Assembly (NCBI GenBank): GCA_964016885.1
Contig: OZ024746.1
Span: 11,284,001 to 11,348,000 of the forward strand
Length of the DNA: 64,000 nt
Direction: 5' to 3'
From: Eledone cirrhosa
Lineage: Eukaryota
Numbering within the stretch: position 1 is the stretch's first letter; each line of letters starts with the position of its first letter. The position numbers were made by a program, and so were the translations under genes. Below the pieces are notes generated by a model that was not told the DNA's origin, searched no databases, and saw nothing but the letters and a program-made list of their open reading frames with translations. This document shows positions 40,961-52,724 of this stretch, piece by piece.

Positions 40961-41399
40961 CTGGATGTAATTATAATGGAATGTGCTCAGTTAGTAATCG
41001 AAACTGTAGCTTCACTGGTTATTATTTTTCAGTTACGTACTAGGGTCGATTTAATCCACTTTATACTCCCCAAAATTGTTGGCCTTGTGCCTAAATAAAA
41101 GAAATTTATTTTTGTGGTGGTCTCTAATTATTTTTATTTATTGACTAGTTTCTGATATTAGCACAAGACCACACATTTTGGAGAGTAGGAACAGTTGATT
41201 TAAAGCAACCTCAGTATTTGACTGGTACTTATTTTATCGGTCCCTGTAGAATAAAAAATCAAAGTTTATTTCGGTGCGATTTGAACTCAGAAACATTATA
41301 TGGCCGATGTGTGTTTCGATTGATTTTAGTGTTGGACTCAAATACTTGCATGAATTGCTAGAAACATGGCTTTCATTTATATTATATATGACCAAGGGT

Positions 41400-41649
41400 C
41401 AGAGGCGTAACTAGGGTATGGCAAGCATGGCACGTGCCATGGGCACCACATGAAGGGGGCGCCACCTGGACAAGGAGCAGGTTCTATTTAAGTCAAATTA
41501 GCTTCGTCGGAGAGTGAAAAACGGGATCCCTTCAGATGTATGATCTGTCTCTGATTATCGCGGTTGAGAACACATTTGTATAAACTATTAGGGCCTTAGG
41601 TAAAAATACAGTGCTGGACAGGGGGCTATTTTCCCTAGTTATGCCTCTG
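41400..41649. mobile_element. hAT-like MITE
   Basis: 17-bp TIRs cagaggcgtaactaggg / ccctagttatgcctctg (1 mismatch); 8-bp TSD ccaagggt / ccaaggat. Confidence 0.8.
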
Positions 41650-41660
41650 CCAAGGATGCT

Positions 41661-43610
41661 TTAATAATAATAATAATAATAATGAAATTATTGTGTAAAG
41701 TGCTCAGGTGCACTACAACTCGTCAAAGGTGCATGTATAGTACATAGAATAATATACAAATGTCAGGGAAGTGAATAGTGTATGAGTCATGATATACATG
41801 TGTGTATGTGTATGGAGGGGGAATATTAGGTGTAGTGTTGGCGAATCTCGGGAAGCATGGAGGTTTTAAAAGATGCAGTGTCTCAACAGCTAACAACTGT
41901 TGCAGGTAGTTTGTTCCATGGAGGTTTTAAAGGATGCAGTGTCTCGACAGCTAACAACTGATGCAGGTAGTTTGTTCCATGGAGGTTTTAAAGGATGCAG
42001 TGTCTCAACAGCTAACAACTGATGCAGGTAGTTTGTTCCATGGAGGTTTTAAAGGATGCAGTGTCTCGACAGCTAACAACTGATGCAGGTAGTTTGTTCC
42101 ATGAAGGTTTTAAAGGATGCAGTGTCTCAACAGCTAACAACTGATGCAGGTAGTTTGTTCCATGGAGGTTTTAAAGGATGCAGTGTCTCAACAGCTAACA
42201 ACTGATGCAGGTAGTTTGTTCCATGGAGGTTTTAAAGGATGCAGTGTCTCAACAGCTAACAACTGATGCAGGTAGTTTGTTCCATGGAGGTTTTAAAGGA
42301 TGCAGTGTCTCGACAGCTAATAACTGATGCAGGTAGTTTGTTCCATGGAGGTTTTAAAGGATGCAGTGTCTCGACAGCTAACAACTGATGCAGGTAGTTT
42401 GTTCCATGGAGGTTTTAAAGGATGCAGTGTCTCAACAGCTAACAACTGATGCAGGTAGTTTGTTCCATGGAGGTTTTAAAGGATGCAGTGTCTCGACAGC
42501 TAACAACTGATGCAGGTAGTTTGTTCCATGGAGGTTTTAAAGGATGCAGTATATCAACAGCTAACAACTGATGCAGGTAGTTTGTTCCATGGAGGTTTTA
42601 AAGGATGCAGTGTCTCGACAGCTAATAACTGATGCAGGGAGTTTGTTCCATGGAGGTTTTAAAGGATGCAGTGTCTCGACAGCTAACAACTGATGCAGGT
42701 AGTTTGTTCCATGGAGGTTTTAAAGGATGCAGTGTCTCAACAGCTAACAACTGATGCAGGTAGTTTGTTCCATGGAGGTTTTAAAGGATGCAGTGTCTCA
42801 ACAGCTAACAACTGATGCAGGTAGTTTGTTCCATGGAGGTTTTAAAGGATGCAGTGTCTCAACAGCTAACAACTGATGCAGGTAGTTTGTTCCATGGAGG
42901 TTTTAAAGGATGCAGTGTCTCGACAGCTAATAACTGATGCAGGGAGTTTGTTCCATGGAGGTTTTAAAGGATGCAGTGTCTCGACAGCTAACAACTGATG
43001 CAGGTAGTTTGTTCCATGGAGGTTTTAAAGGATGCAGTGTCTCAACAACTAACAACTGATGCATGTAGTTTGTTCCATGGAGGTTTTAAAGGATGCAGTG
43101 TCTTGACAGCTAACAACTGATGCAGGTAGTTTGTTCCATGGAGGTTTTAAAGGATGCAGTGTCTCAACAGCTAACAACTGATGCAGGTAGTTTGTTCCAT
43201 GGAGGTTTTAAAGGATGCAGTGTCTCGACAGCTAACAACTGATGCAGGTAGTTTGTTCCATGGAGGTTTTAAAGGATGCAGTGTCTCGACAGCTAATAAC
43301 TGATGCAGGGAGTTTGTTCCATGGAGGTTTTAAAGGATGCAGTGTCTCAACAGCTAACAACTGATGCAGGTAGTTTGTTCCATGGAGGTTTTAAAGGATG
43401 CAGTGTCTCAACAGCTAACAACTGATGCAGGTAGTTTGTTCCATGGAGGTTTTAAAGGATGCAGTGTCTCGACAGCTAACAACTGATGCAGGTAGTTTGT
43501 TCCATGGAGGTTTTAAAGGATACAGTGTCTCAACAGCTAACAACTGATGCAGGTAGTTTGTTCCATGCTTCAGCAACTCTGAGCGTGAAAAAATGTTTCC
43601 GAAAGTCAAT
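41661..43610 (-). mobile_element. 5'-truncated CR1-like LINE 3' end containing an internal tandem array
   Basis: With the array collapsed, the minus strand reads FRKHFFTLRVAEAWNKLPASVVSCRDTASFKTSMLPEIRQHYT*, the CR1 ORF2 terminal motif, followed by a 3'UTR and (ATT)n tail. Confidence 0.8.
41856..43567. repeat. 61-bp tandem array x28
   Basis: Unit catggaggttttaaaggatgcagtgtctc(a/g)acagctaacaactgatgcaggtagtttgttc; (43564-41856)/61=28. Confidence 0.97.
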
Positions 43611-43683
43611 GTAATGGTTAAATACACTCGTCCTGAATACGAGAGATATGTAGTTGGATTCTCGCGGAGATCTCTGTTCACTT

Positions 43684-44275
43684 AGTGGGTAGTGGGTTGA
43701 CAGAGTTGTTAGAACGTCGGACAAATGCTTAACAGTATTTGTTCCAAGTCTTTACTTTCTGAGTTCAAATCCCGCCGAGGTCAACTTCGCCTTTCATCTT
43801 TCTGAAGGCGATAAAATAAAGTACTCTTGGGTCCCAAATAATAGGGGAAGGGGGGAATAAGCGGGGTGGGGGACATTTGGTTAAATTCTTATAAGCGGGG
43901 GTGGGGATAAACGGGGTAGTGGAGAAATCAGTAATTGTATCGTGTACGTTCGTAAATATGGAATTTCTTGTAATGTTCTTTTTTGTCTTATATAATGTTT
44001 TGTTTCTATTTTAATGTAAAATAAAATGATTATTAGATTCACCAGCCGCTGTATCGATATGAATCACTTCACCAGAGATAGATTAGCAAAATATAATAAA
44101 CGAGGGGGGGGGGGGGGTAATAGTGGGGGAAGGTGAAAAAAATCTGAAAAATTAATAAGCGAAGTGGGGACGATTATTCAAGACCTAAGAGTACCAGACA
44201 CTGGGGTCTATATAATTGACTTATCCTTCTCCTAAAATTGCTGGGCTGGTGTCTGAATTAAGAATCATTATTTGT
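43684..44275 (+). mobile_element. Older SINE (family A-related) interrupted by a MITE
   Basis: Head, B box and core run to aaagta (43823) and resume at ccag...ttgctgggctggtgtc (44194 onward). Confidence 0.75.
43824..44191. mobile_element. Tc1/mariner-like MITE, G-rich
   Basis: TA TSD on both sides; TIRs ctcttgggtcccaaataat / attattcaagacctaagag (15/19). Confidence 0.7.
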
Positions 44276-45042
44276 TTCAAGGGTTAATGTTGTAAATTAG
44301 AAACGCGTCCAAGCGAATTAAGTTTATAACTCGGGTCTGATTCAATGTTGTAGTTACTTCCTTTGTGTCGCTCGTGTGTTTTTACGAAAGGAGGTATAAT
44401 CTTCACAATGTATACACACCTAGATGTCTTCTACATTTATTTCCTTTACATCTTTGTACAAAGTAAAAAGAAAAAATGTTTTTATTTTGAGTTGAAATCT
44501 TACAGAAGTTGAAATTGTCTGTCATATCAGCCGTGAGGGTAAAATAAAAGCCTATCATATGTTGTATCAAATGAAACTATTTACAGTAGTTTGCTATAAA
44601 CGTGTAACTTTCATCCAATATAAAACAATAAAAAATAAGCTCTTGACAAACTGAAACAACTGGCAACAGTTGATACTATTTCACTTGGTATACACCTCCA
44701 AAGATATGAAAAGAATAGATATCTATTATTCTCCATAATTTCTTTCGCTGAAATACTGAGCTTTTGTGCTTAGTGAAACAATACAATAATACAATTTCTC
44801 CCTAGTAACATGATTTTCAATTTCAAACCCTTATACAATCTGCCACATCCTTGACATCGTAGGGTTTTTTTGCTGTAGGGTGAATTTATTTGCTGTTTGG
44901 AAGATATGAAGGGTCTTCATTCTTTTGAGGTCGATAAAAACAGGTCTCTCTCACTCTCTCTCTCTCTCTCTCTCTCTCTACTGAGTTCAATATTTTTATT
45001 TTGATATGCATGAGCCCGCTCCATTTATCTTTTTATTATTAT

Positions 45043-45218
45043 TGGCAGTATCGGTAGAGGGTCGGACGCCATGCTTTGACGCATAGAGTTACGGCCCTTG
45101 CCATTCTGAGTTCAAATCCCGCAGAGGTTAACTTTGCCTTTCATCCTTATGGGGTCGATAAAATAAAGTACCAGTAATGCACTGGGTAATTGCTAGCCTT
45201 GTGCCAAAAGTAGAAACA

Positions 45219-45222
<4 letters not shown>
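45043..45222 (+). mobile_element. SINE family A
   Basis: A box to tail, ending in an (ATT)n tract. Confidence 0.9.
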
Positions 45223-45259
<37 letters not shown>

Positions 45260-47812
45260 GCTCTGAAAAGAGCGATTAGAATAGAGTCCATTAGGTTTAG
45301 TAAGGCTTTAGCAATAGAGGAAAATAGAGCAGAGGGAGAACTAGTTAGAAAATTAGACGAGGCGCTTAGCAAAGGCATCGCGACCGACGTACTTGCGGCG
45401 AAATTGGCCCTTGACCAATTCTTCAATGCAAAGCACGAAGGCTGCGTTGTCAGAGCTAGGGTGCGTGCTCTCAGACACGAGGGGACGAAAGCCGTTCAAT
45501 GGGCCCGAGTGGCGGAGGCGCGTCGGGGAAACAAAGCCATGATCCGATCTTTGGTGGACCACAACGGGCGCATGCTACTCAATCCCGGGCAAATGTGTGA
45601 AGCTTTTCAGCGACACTTCGCACAGCTGTTCGGGGACAGCGGCGGGCCGGATCGAGGGATGGACTTTAGTGTCTACCTCGACGGACTGCCGCGGCTCTCG
45701 GCCACTGAGGCGAAGTGTTGCGAAAAGCCGATAACAGCCGCTGAAGTAAGGGAGGCAATGACTGGCTGCACAAGGGGTAAATCGCCTGGTTTGGATGGTC
45801 TGCCCTATGAACTTTACGTACAGATGCCAGACTTGTTCGGAGGCCTCTTGGCGGACGTCTACTGCAACTGGCAACAGAACGGGAGAATTCCCAGTTCTGT
45901 GAGCCGAGGAGCGGTGGCACTGCTGAGAAAGGATACGAACAAGGGGGATAACATAGACAATTTCCGGCCCATAACTCTGCTAAACACAGAGTTCAAGATT
46001 TTGGCCAAGGTGCTAGCAAAGAGGTTGGCGCTTGTCGTTGGTGGTCTGGTGGGAGAGGCGCAGACATGCGCCATTCCCGACAGATCCATCCACGACAACC
46101 TCCACCTCATGCGATACATCATAGAGAGGGTAGCTAAGGAACCTGGCACGGGTGGGTCCTTGATCAATTTAGATCAGTCGAAAGCTTTCGATAGGGTCGA
46201 CCATCGTTACCTAGCGGCAGTCCTGAGGGCGGCTGGCTTTGGGCCCGTCTTCAGAGGCTGGATCGCTGCCATGCACAGCGACATCTGCTCTGTGGTGAGA
46301 GTGAACGGTCACCTGTCGGAACCGTTCAACATCATGCGCTCGGTCCGCCAAGGATGTCCCCTCTCGTCCCTCTTGTACGTATTGACTCTCGAGCCATTAC
46401 TGCACAAACCGCGCGAACTAGGATGCGGAAGATCCGTGTCAGCATATGCGGACGATGTCACCGTAGTGGTGTCGAACGCCAAACACATCGAGGCGATCGG
46501 CACTACACTAAGAGAATACGAAGCGGTGACAGGAGCAATGATCAACCAGGAAAAGTCGGTGGGCCTGCAGCTCGGCACCTGGAGAGGCAGGTCCATGCCG
46601 TCCAACAGCGTCGTCGGGCGCTGGACGGACGGACCGGTTAAATTGCTAGGGGTCTGGTTCGGTCCGGACCTCCAGACGGACAAAAACTGGGACGAGGTGA
46701 CAAGCAGGGTGGCTTCTCTCACCCAGAAATGGGCCAAGAGGAAGCTATCCCTGAAAGGTCGAGCGGAGGTGGCTAACGCGTACATCGCGTCTGTCATCTG
46801 CTACCGCCTAACCGTCGTACCTTGTCCTAAGCCTCGCCTGACTGCGCTGGAGCGTTTGCTCTTTCGCTTTTTGTGGAAGGGACGTGCTCCGATGGTCAGG
46901 CGGTCCATCTGTTGTCAACACCCGCTACGTGGAGGGCTGGGCATGCCGTGGCTGATGATGCGCAGGCACGCGCTCAGGCTACGACATCTCCACCTCTTCC
47001 TCGACGGTGATCAGGTGTGGTCGCCGTTTGCTAGACGCGTTTTTCCCCAGCTCGTTTCCTTGACGGAGCTGCAGTCCTGGGGCAAGCGAAGACCGAGAGG
47101 GAGCGCCTGGAGACTGGAATGTCTTCAGGCGCTCACAGCCCTCGACCAATCGGGCAATGTGATCGGTGGAAACTCCACCTCGGCGTTCTATAGAGGATTA
47201 GTGGAGGGGAAGAGCGACGACGTACTTGGGGAAACTCTAGGCGTCGACGAAAATCAACTAGCCAATCTCTTCGGAAGAACTTTCGGGCCAGGGCCTATGG
47301 ACAACTTCCAGAAATCTCTGGCCTGGCAGTGCTACCGAGGAGCCTTGCCAGTTCGGGATAAACTCTACAGGCATGGAGGTGCCGTCAGCCGGGCATGTCC
47401 GAGATGCGCGCAGGGCGACGAAACCGTTCTGCACGCACTCGTCCAGTGTCCGAAAATTGCTGACTTGTGGGTTTATGTCGAACACCTGCTGTCGCGTTTA
47501 GGACGGATCCGGCTATCATCTGAGTCCATCGTGAGGATTGCCCCGCCCTCCTCCTTTAGCCGGGAAGGGCAGGCAGTTTTTATCTGTCTGGTGGCCATGG
47601 CGAAAGAGATAGTATGGTGGACACGTTTGAAAGGGCTGAAGACGAGCACTTACCTCTTCGGTGATGCTCTGATTGACTTTTTCAAATTTCATTTGAAAAG
47701 GAAAATCAGGGTAGAGAGGGAAGTGCTCTCTTCCCAGCATTTTGTTGAAAGATGGGTGAGAGAAGCAAGAATGGCTCGAGTGAATGGGCCTACTCTGAGT
47801 ATGTATCTGTAA
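45260..47812 (+). CDS. ORF2 remnant: reverse transcriptase plus C-terminal CCHC zinc knuckle (endonuclease domain lost by truncation; no start codon)
   Basis: KSPGLDGL, FRPITLLN, LDQSKAFDRV, VRQGCPLS, YADD and CPRC...ETVLHAL.QC motifs. The frame stays open 48 codons upstream of the listed ORF (ALKRAIRIESIRFSK...) up to the microsatellite. Confidence 0.88.
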   Translation, partial: ALKRAIRIESIRFSKALAIEENRAEGELVRKLDEALSKGIATDVLAAKLALDQFFNAKHEGCVVRARVRALRHEGTKAVQWARVAEARRGNKAMIRSLVDHNGRMLLNPGQMCEAFQRHFAQLFGDSGGPDRGMDFSVYLDGLPRLSATEAKCCEKPITAAEVREAMTGCTRGKSPGLDGLPYELYVQMPDLFGGLLADVYCNWQQNGRIPSSVSRGAVALLRKDTNKGDNIDNFRPITLLNTEFKILAKVLAKRLALVVGGLVGEAQTCAIPDRSIHDNLHLMRYIIERVAKEPGTGGSLINLDQSKAFDRVDHRYLAAVLRAAGFGPVFRGWIAAMHSDICSVVRVNGHLSEPFNIMRSVRQGCPLSSLLYVLTLEPLLHKPRELGCGRSVSAYADDVTVVVSNAKHIEAIGTTLREYEAVTGAMINQEKSVGLQLGTWRGRSMPSNSVVGRWTDGPVKLLGVWFGPDLQTDKNWDEVTSRVASLTQKWAKRKLSLKGRAEVANAYIASVICYRLTVVPCPKPRLTALERLLFRFLWKGRAPMVRRSICCQHPLRGGLGMPWLMMRRHALRLRHLHLFLDGDQVWSPFARRVFPQLVSLTELQSWGKRRPRGSAWRLECLQALTALDQSGNVIGGNSTSAFYRGLVEGKSDDVLGETLGVDENQLANLFGRTFGPGPMDNFQKSLAWQCYRGALPVRDKLYRHGGAVSRACPRCAQGDETVLHALVQCPKIADLWVYVEHLLSRLGRIRLSSESIVRIAPPSSFSREGQAVFICLVAMAKEIVWWTRLKGLKTSTYLFGDALIDFFKFHLKRKIRVEREVLSSQHFVERWVREARMARVNGPTLSMYL

Positions 47813-48059
47813 ATTAAAGGTGGAAAACTGGGAGAGGGCACTTGCCCTCGTGGTCAGGGTCACTGTGGCCTTTTAATGGGCTTTCTCCACAAATGTCCCT
47901 CGGAAGTCTCCCCCCTATTGGGGAATTTTTCATTGTTATTTTTTTGTTACATCCTGTTTTTGTTTTTTACACGCAGAAATGCCCATTTGTATCGTCCTGT
48001 ATTGTCCTGTACTGTCTTTAATGTCTACTTTATGTAAACCCTTGTGGTTAATAAAGAAG

Positions 48060-48060
<1 letters not shown>
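45260..48060 (+). mobile_element. Young 5'-truncated Tx1/L1-clade non-LTR retrotransposon
   Basis: GC/CpG-rich block with an intact RT ORF and a T-rich 3'UTR with AATAAA at 48050-48055; (ATT)n on both flanks. Confidence 0.9.
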
Positions 48061-48107
<47 letters not shown>

Positions 48108-48143
48108 GTGAGCTTTATGCCTAAATCAGAAAAAATAATAATT

Positions 48144-48332
48144 AGGATTGGCACTATCGGTAGAGGGTCGGACGCCATGTTTTGCAACAAAGAGTTACGG
48201 CCCTTTATGGTCTGAGTTCAAATCCCGCCGAGGTTAATTTTGCCTTTCATCCTTACAAGGGTGGATAAAATAAAACACCAGTAATACACTGGGATAATTG
48301 CTGGCCTTGTGCTAAAAGTAGAAACAATTATT
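48144..48332 (+). mobile_element. SINE family A
   Basis: A box, B box, core and tail. Confidence 0.88.
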
Positions 48333-48339
48333 ACTATTT

Positions 48340-48915
48340 GCCCACATATTCCTGAGAGGGTCACGGGGGCGGAGTCCTCAAGCACTCCTTCCAGCAGGTC
48401 CTGTCAGAAGCAACCATCTCCAATTGATCCGGCTGGATCCCCAAACGAGACCAGCCAAGCTCATGGATGTTATCCAACCATCTTACTCGGGATCTACCCC
48501 AAGGTCTCCTACCAGTTGGTTTTGCCCGTAAAATTTGTCCAGCGATTCTTTCCTGAGACATTCTAACTACATGTCCGTAATATCAGAGCTGTGATCTCTC
48601 AATTCAGAGAAGTAATGGCTCCTCCTGGAGTGACTCTCTGCTCTTCGAGATGCTCACTCTATGGAGTAACGTTACTCAAAAGACCCTTCGGGGAAATCCC
48701 ATTTTGACCGCTTGTATTCGCTATCGTACTACTTCGGTCATTACCATAGATTCATGACCACAGGTAAGGGTTGGTCTAAATACTGAATTGAAGATAGCGA
48801 GTTTGGCTTTTACACACACCTCCCTTCTTTTGATGACCAAATGCTGAAGCTAGCGCATTAAGCACCAGTTCCTGTAATTCGTGCAATTAATTCAGGCTCC
48901 TCACTTCCATCACCC
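48340..48915 (-). mobile_element. RTE-clade LINE 3' fragment
   Basis: MSQERIAGQILRAKPTGRRPWGRSRVRWLDNIHEL..DRTCWK; same family as 24085-24862. Confidence 0.8.
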
Positions 48916-48989
48916 GAACATACTCGAACGTTTTCAAGAATAAGAGAATTTCAAAACCAAGCTCGCAGATCTTATTCAACGTTCATCAC

Positions 48990-49178
<189 letters not shown>

Positions 49179-49318
49179 AAAAGGGACGAAGTTTAAAATT
49201 TTCATTAAATTTATTGAGGTGTGACGCGTGTTTCGTACAACACCAAAATACCTACTGGAAACTGCGCATCGAGTGGTCACTCTGGTGAAACTACAGTAAC
49301 TGGACCTTACAATCCCTA

Positions 49319-49352
<34 letters not shown>

Positions 49353-49354
<2 letters not shown>

Positions 49355-50372
49355 ACTGACGCGTGCTCCCTCAGAGACTGCCCGATGCGCCATGCGAACT
49401 GTTGCCTACGCACATACGTCGTGTATAAGATAGAATGTAACAAGTGCAACCAATACTATATAGGTAGCACAATCCGGCCGTTGCACATCCGGATCAAGGA
49501 ACACACTAAAACCAGGGCCTCGTCTTTCCGGAAACACATAGCTAAATGCGGAAACAAAGACGGAAGGCCCATTGTCACAATTCTAGCGACAGAAAGAAAC
49601 GTCGGCACGTTACGTGTCAAGGAAGCACTTTGGATCAAACGCCTAGGGCCACAATTAAACAACCGATCCGAGAGAAGCGAAATGAGGTGGTTGGTTTAAG
49701 TTAACAAACGATGCAGCAACACATGCACACACACACACACAAGCGAGACAGCAACACACGCACACAGACACACACACACACACAGTAGCATTCCACCATA
49801 CGAACATACTACACTGCCAATACAGAGGAACAAGGCAACAACACACGCACACACACACACACACACTCCAGCGAGACAACAACACACGCACACACACACA
49901 GTAACATTCACCAAACAGGCAGAGAATTGACTGACAGCTAGCGCCACCCCACTCCCACAATTGAAAGAACTACTTCAGCCGCTGACCTCTGCCTGACCGA
50001 CCCCATTTCACGCGCACGCGCGCTCTGCTGAATACCTCAGATATTCAAAACAACAGCGGAGGACACGTTTCGCACCTTTTCGACAGGCAACCCCCCCCCC
50101 CCCCCCCCGAAAAAAACCCACTTGATAGATGTGAATCCGAAATATATAGGGACAATTAAATCTCTCCCAAGGTAACTCTTTCTCGTGTTGATATATTTAT
50201 TTTTATCCTTTACGCTCTTTGCTTCATTCCTCTACACGCTACAGTCTTATACACGCCACGCATCTCAACGTACACCCACTTACATCTCTCTCTCCACCAC
50301 CGGATCTTGTTACCCGGAGATTTACCCATCTGCATTGTCGAGGCTTCCAAACGACTTAAAGAAATTTACCAT
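49353..50372 (+). mobile_element. 5'-truncated Penelope-like element (GIY-YIG endonuclease end plus 3' region)
   Basis: ORF to 49699: VVYKIECNKCNQYYIGSTIRPLHIRIKEH..KH..C..EALWIK..P.LN, a GIY-YIG with the PLE CCHH motif. Bounded by (AT)n on both sides; the 3' extent is uncertain. Confidence 0.75.
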
Positions 50373-50730
50373 ATATATATATATATATATATATCGATGC
50401 AGTCAAAATATCTAGTTTTCAAATTACATCATCGAATTCCAATCTCAATTTTTAAATATTTACCAAAATTGCTTCTGTTGTAGGTAACCTGAAAGATGTA
50501 TTTAACGTGCGGTCGCAGCTCGTGTTGAGCCCTTTCACTTAACTTGTTTCTCCTAACATTATCTTTGGTTTACACAAAAGTAAGGCCGTGGATTGGCAGT
50601 ATCGGTAGAAGGTCGGACACCATGCTTTGCAGCATAGTGTTACGTCTCTTATATAGGTACAACTCAATATTTGTTCATATATGTGCGAATATAAGGCTGA
50701 GGAGATTCTTCTGTTGTGTCAAATGTACAT

Positions 50731-50916
50731 TGGATTGGCAGTATCGGTAGAGCATCGGACACCCTGCTTCACAGCATAGAGTTACATCCCTTTGTGATCT
50801 GAGTTCAAATCCCGCCGAGGTTAACTTTGCCTTTCATCCTTACGGAGTCGATAAAATAAAGTACCAGTAATGTACTGGGATAATTGCTGGCCTTGTGCCA
50901 AAAGTAGAAACAAATA
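50731..50916 (+). mobile_element. SINE family A (plus an orphan head at ~50584-50650)
   Basis: A box, B box, core and tail. Confidence 0.88.
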
Positions 50917-51838
50917 TTAATGTTTAAGATAGACACAAGGCGGGGTCAGTTTGACATAATCGATGGGGCGTTGGACAGAAAATGTTTGTGGTATTTAGTT
51001 GCGGATTTTTACGTTTAAAATTTTAATCCTTCCGGAGTCAATTTTGCCTTTCATCTTTCTGGGTTCCATAAACTAAAGTACCAGACAAGTATTGGGGTAG
51101 ATTCTTATAATGAATAGAACTATAAAAGAAGATTTAGAAGATTAAAATAGGTCCCAGTTGTTGACTGGTATGGTTTTGTCCACCTTGGAAGGATAAAAAG
51201 CCCACTTTATCTTAAAGTGGTGAATTGAAAAAAGGGTAGAACTATCGAATACAAATCCATTATAATATTTACAGACCTATCAACTCTCCCCGTCGGACGG
51301 GGAGAGCTCCCACCTACTTTGGGGTGGGTGGGAGATGTCTTCTCTTGTAAAAATGGATATAGCTTTCATTATGTAAAATCTCCCCATTTTGTCTCATTTC
51401 TCCATGTTTTGGGGGCCCTTTTTTCATGGTACTCCTCGTTTGGGATTTTAGCGGTTGGCAGGTCTGTATTTAGAGCCATTCCTTTACATTCTCAGTTCTA
51501 ATTTCGTCATGGTTAACTTTGCTTTTCATGCCCCTGGATCGGTAAAATTAAGTATACTGGTGGGTCCTCTCCAACAAAAGGTATATCGCCTTGACCTTAA
51601 GATAGAAATCAATAATGTAAATTCATAGACAACAAATTACTTACATAATTCAGTCAAGCTTATGTTCATTATGAATAGAGTATATATATTTTTTTGAATG
51701 TAGCTTTATTGATGTACCTTATTGATTAGACATTCAATGAAGCATCGATAAGATAATGCTTCCAGCTTACACACTCAAAGAATGAGTGTTGGAATATTGC
51801 CATTGACATAAAATATTTGAACTATCCAAAGGCGCTGC

Positions 51839-51842
<4 letters not shown>

Positions 51843-51919
<77 letters not shown>

Positions 51920-51994
51920 GTATATATGTATATATATATATGTATATATATGTATATATGTATATATGTATATATATATGTATATATATATGTA

Positions 51995-52049
<55 letters not shown>

Positions 52050-52213
52050 GTATATATGTATATATATATATGTATATATGTATATATATATACATACACA
52101 TATACATATATATTATACATATACATATACATACATACATATATATTATACATATACATATACATACATACATATACATACATACATATATACACACATA
52201 CACATAGATATAT
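51843..52213. repeat. Long interrupted (TA)n/(TACA)n microsatellite
   Basis: Direct reading. Confidence 0.95.
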
Positions 52214-52341
52214 AATGAGTTTTTAATGAAGTGACTATATAATAAAATAACTTCAAATGGATATTTAATTATCACTTCTTGTTGCCTTTCATAAAATACT
52301 ATTTTCTCGGAAAGTTTACAAAATGAATAAGGACGTTACTT

Positions 52342-52482
<141 letters not shown>

Positions 52483-52533
52483 GAAATGTGTGTCCATGTG
52501 TATGCATATCATTATGTATGAATGCACATGGGA

Positions 52534-52724
52534 GGGCGGTGGATTAGCAGTATCGGTAGAGGGTCGGATGCCATGCCTTGAGGCATAGAGTTACGGCCCT
52601 TGCCATTCTGAGTTCAAATCCCGCCGAGGTTAACTTTGCCTTTCATCCTTACGGGGTCGATAAAATAAAGTACCAGTAATACACTGAGTAATTGCTGGTC
52701 TTGTGCCTAAAGTAGAAACAATTA
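52534..52724 (+). mobile_element. SINE family A, full-length
   Basis: gggcggtggattagcagtatcgg...agtagaaacaatta. Confidence 0.9.

Noticed and set aside
41856-43567. CRISPR-like array
   Set aside because: Contiguous near-identical units without spacers, derived from a LINE 3' end.
45353-47863. Overlapping antisense and alternative-frame ORFs in the LINE
   Set aside because: Expected in GC-rich coding DNA; no recognisable motifs.
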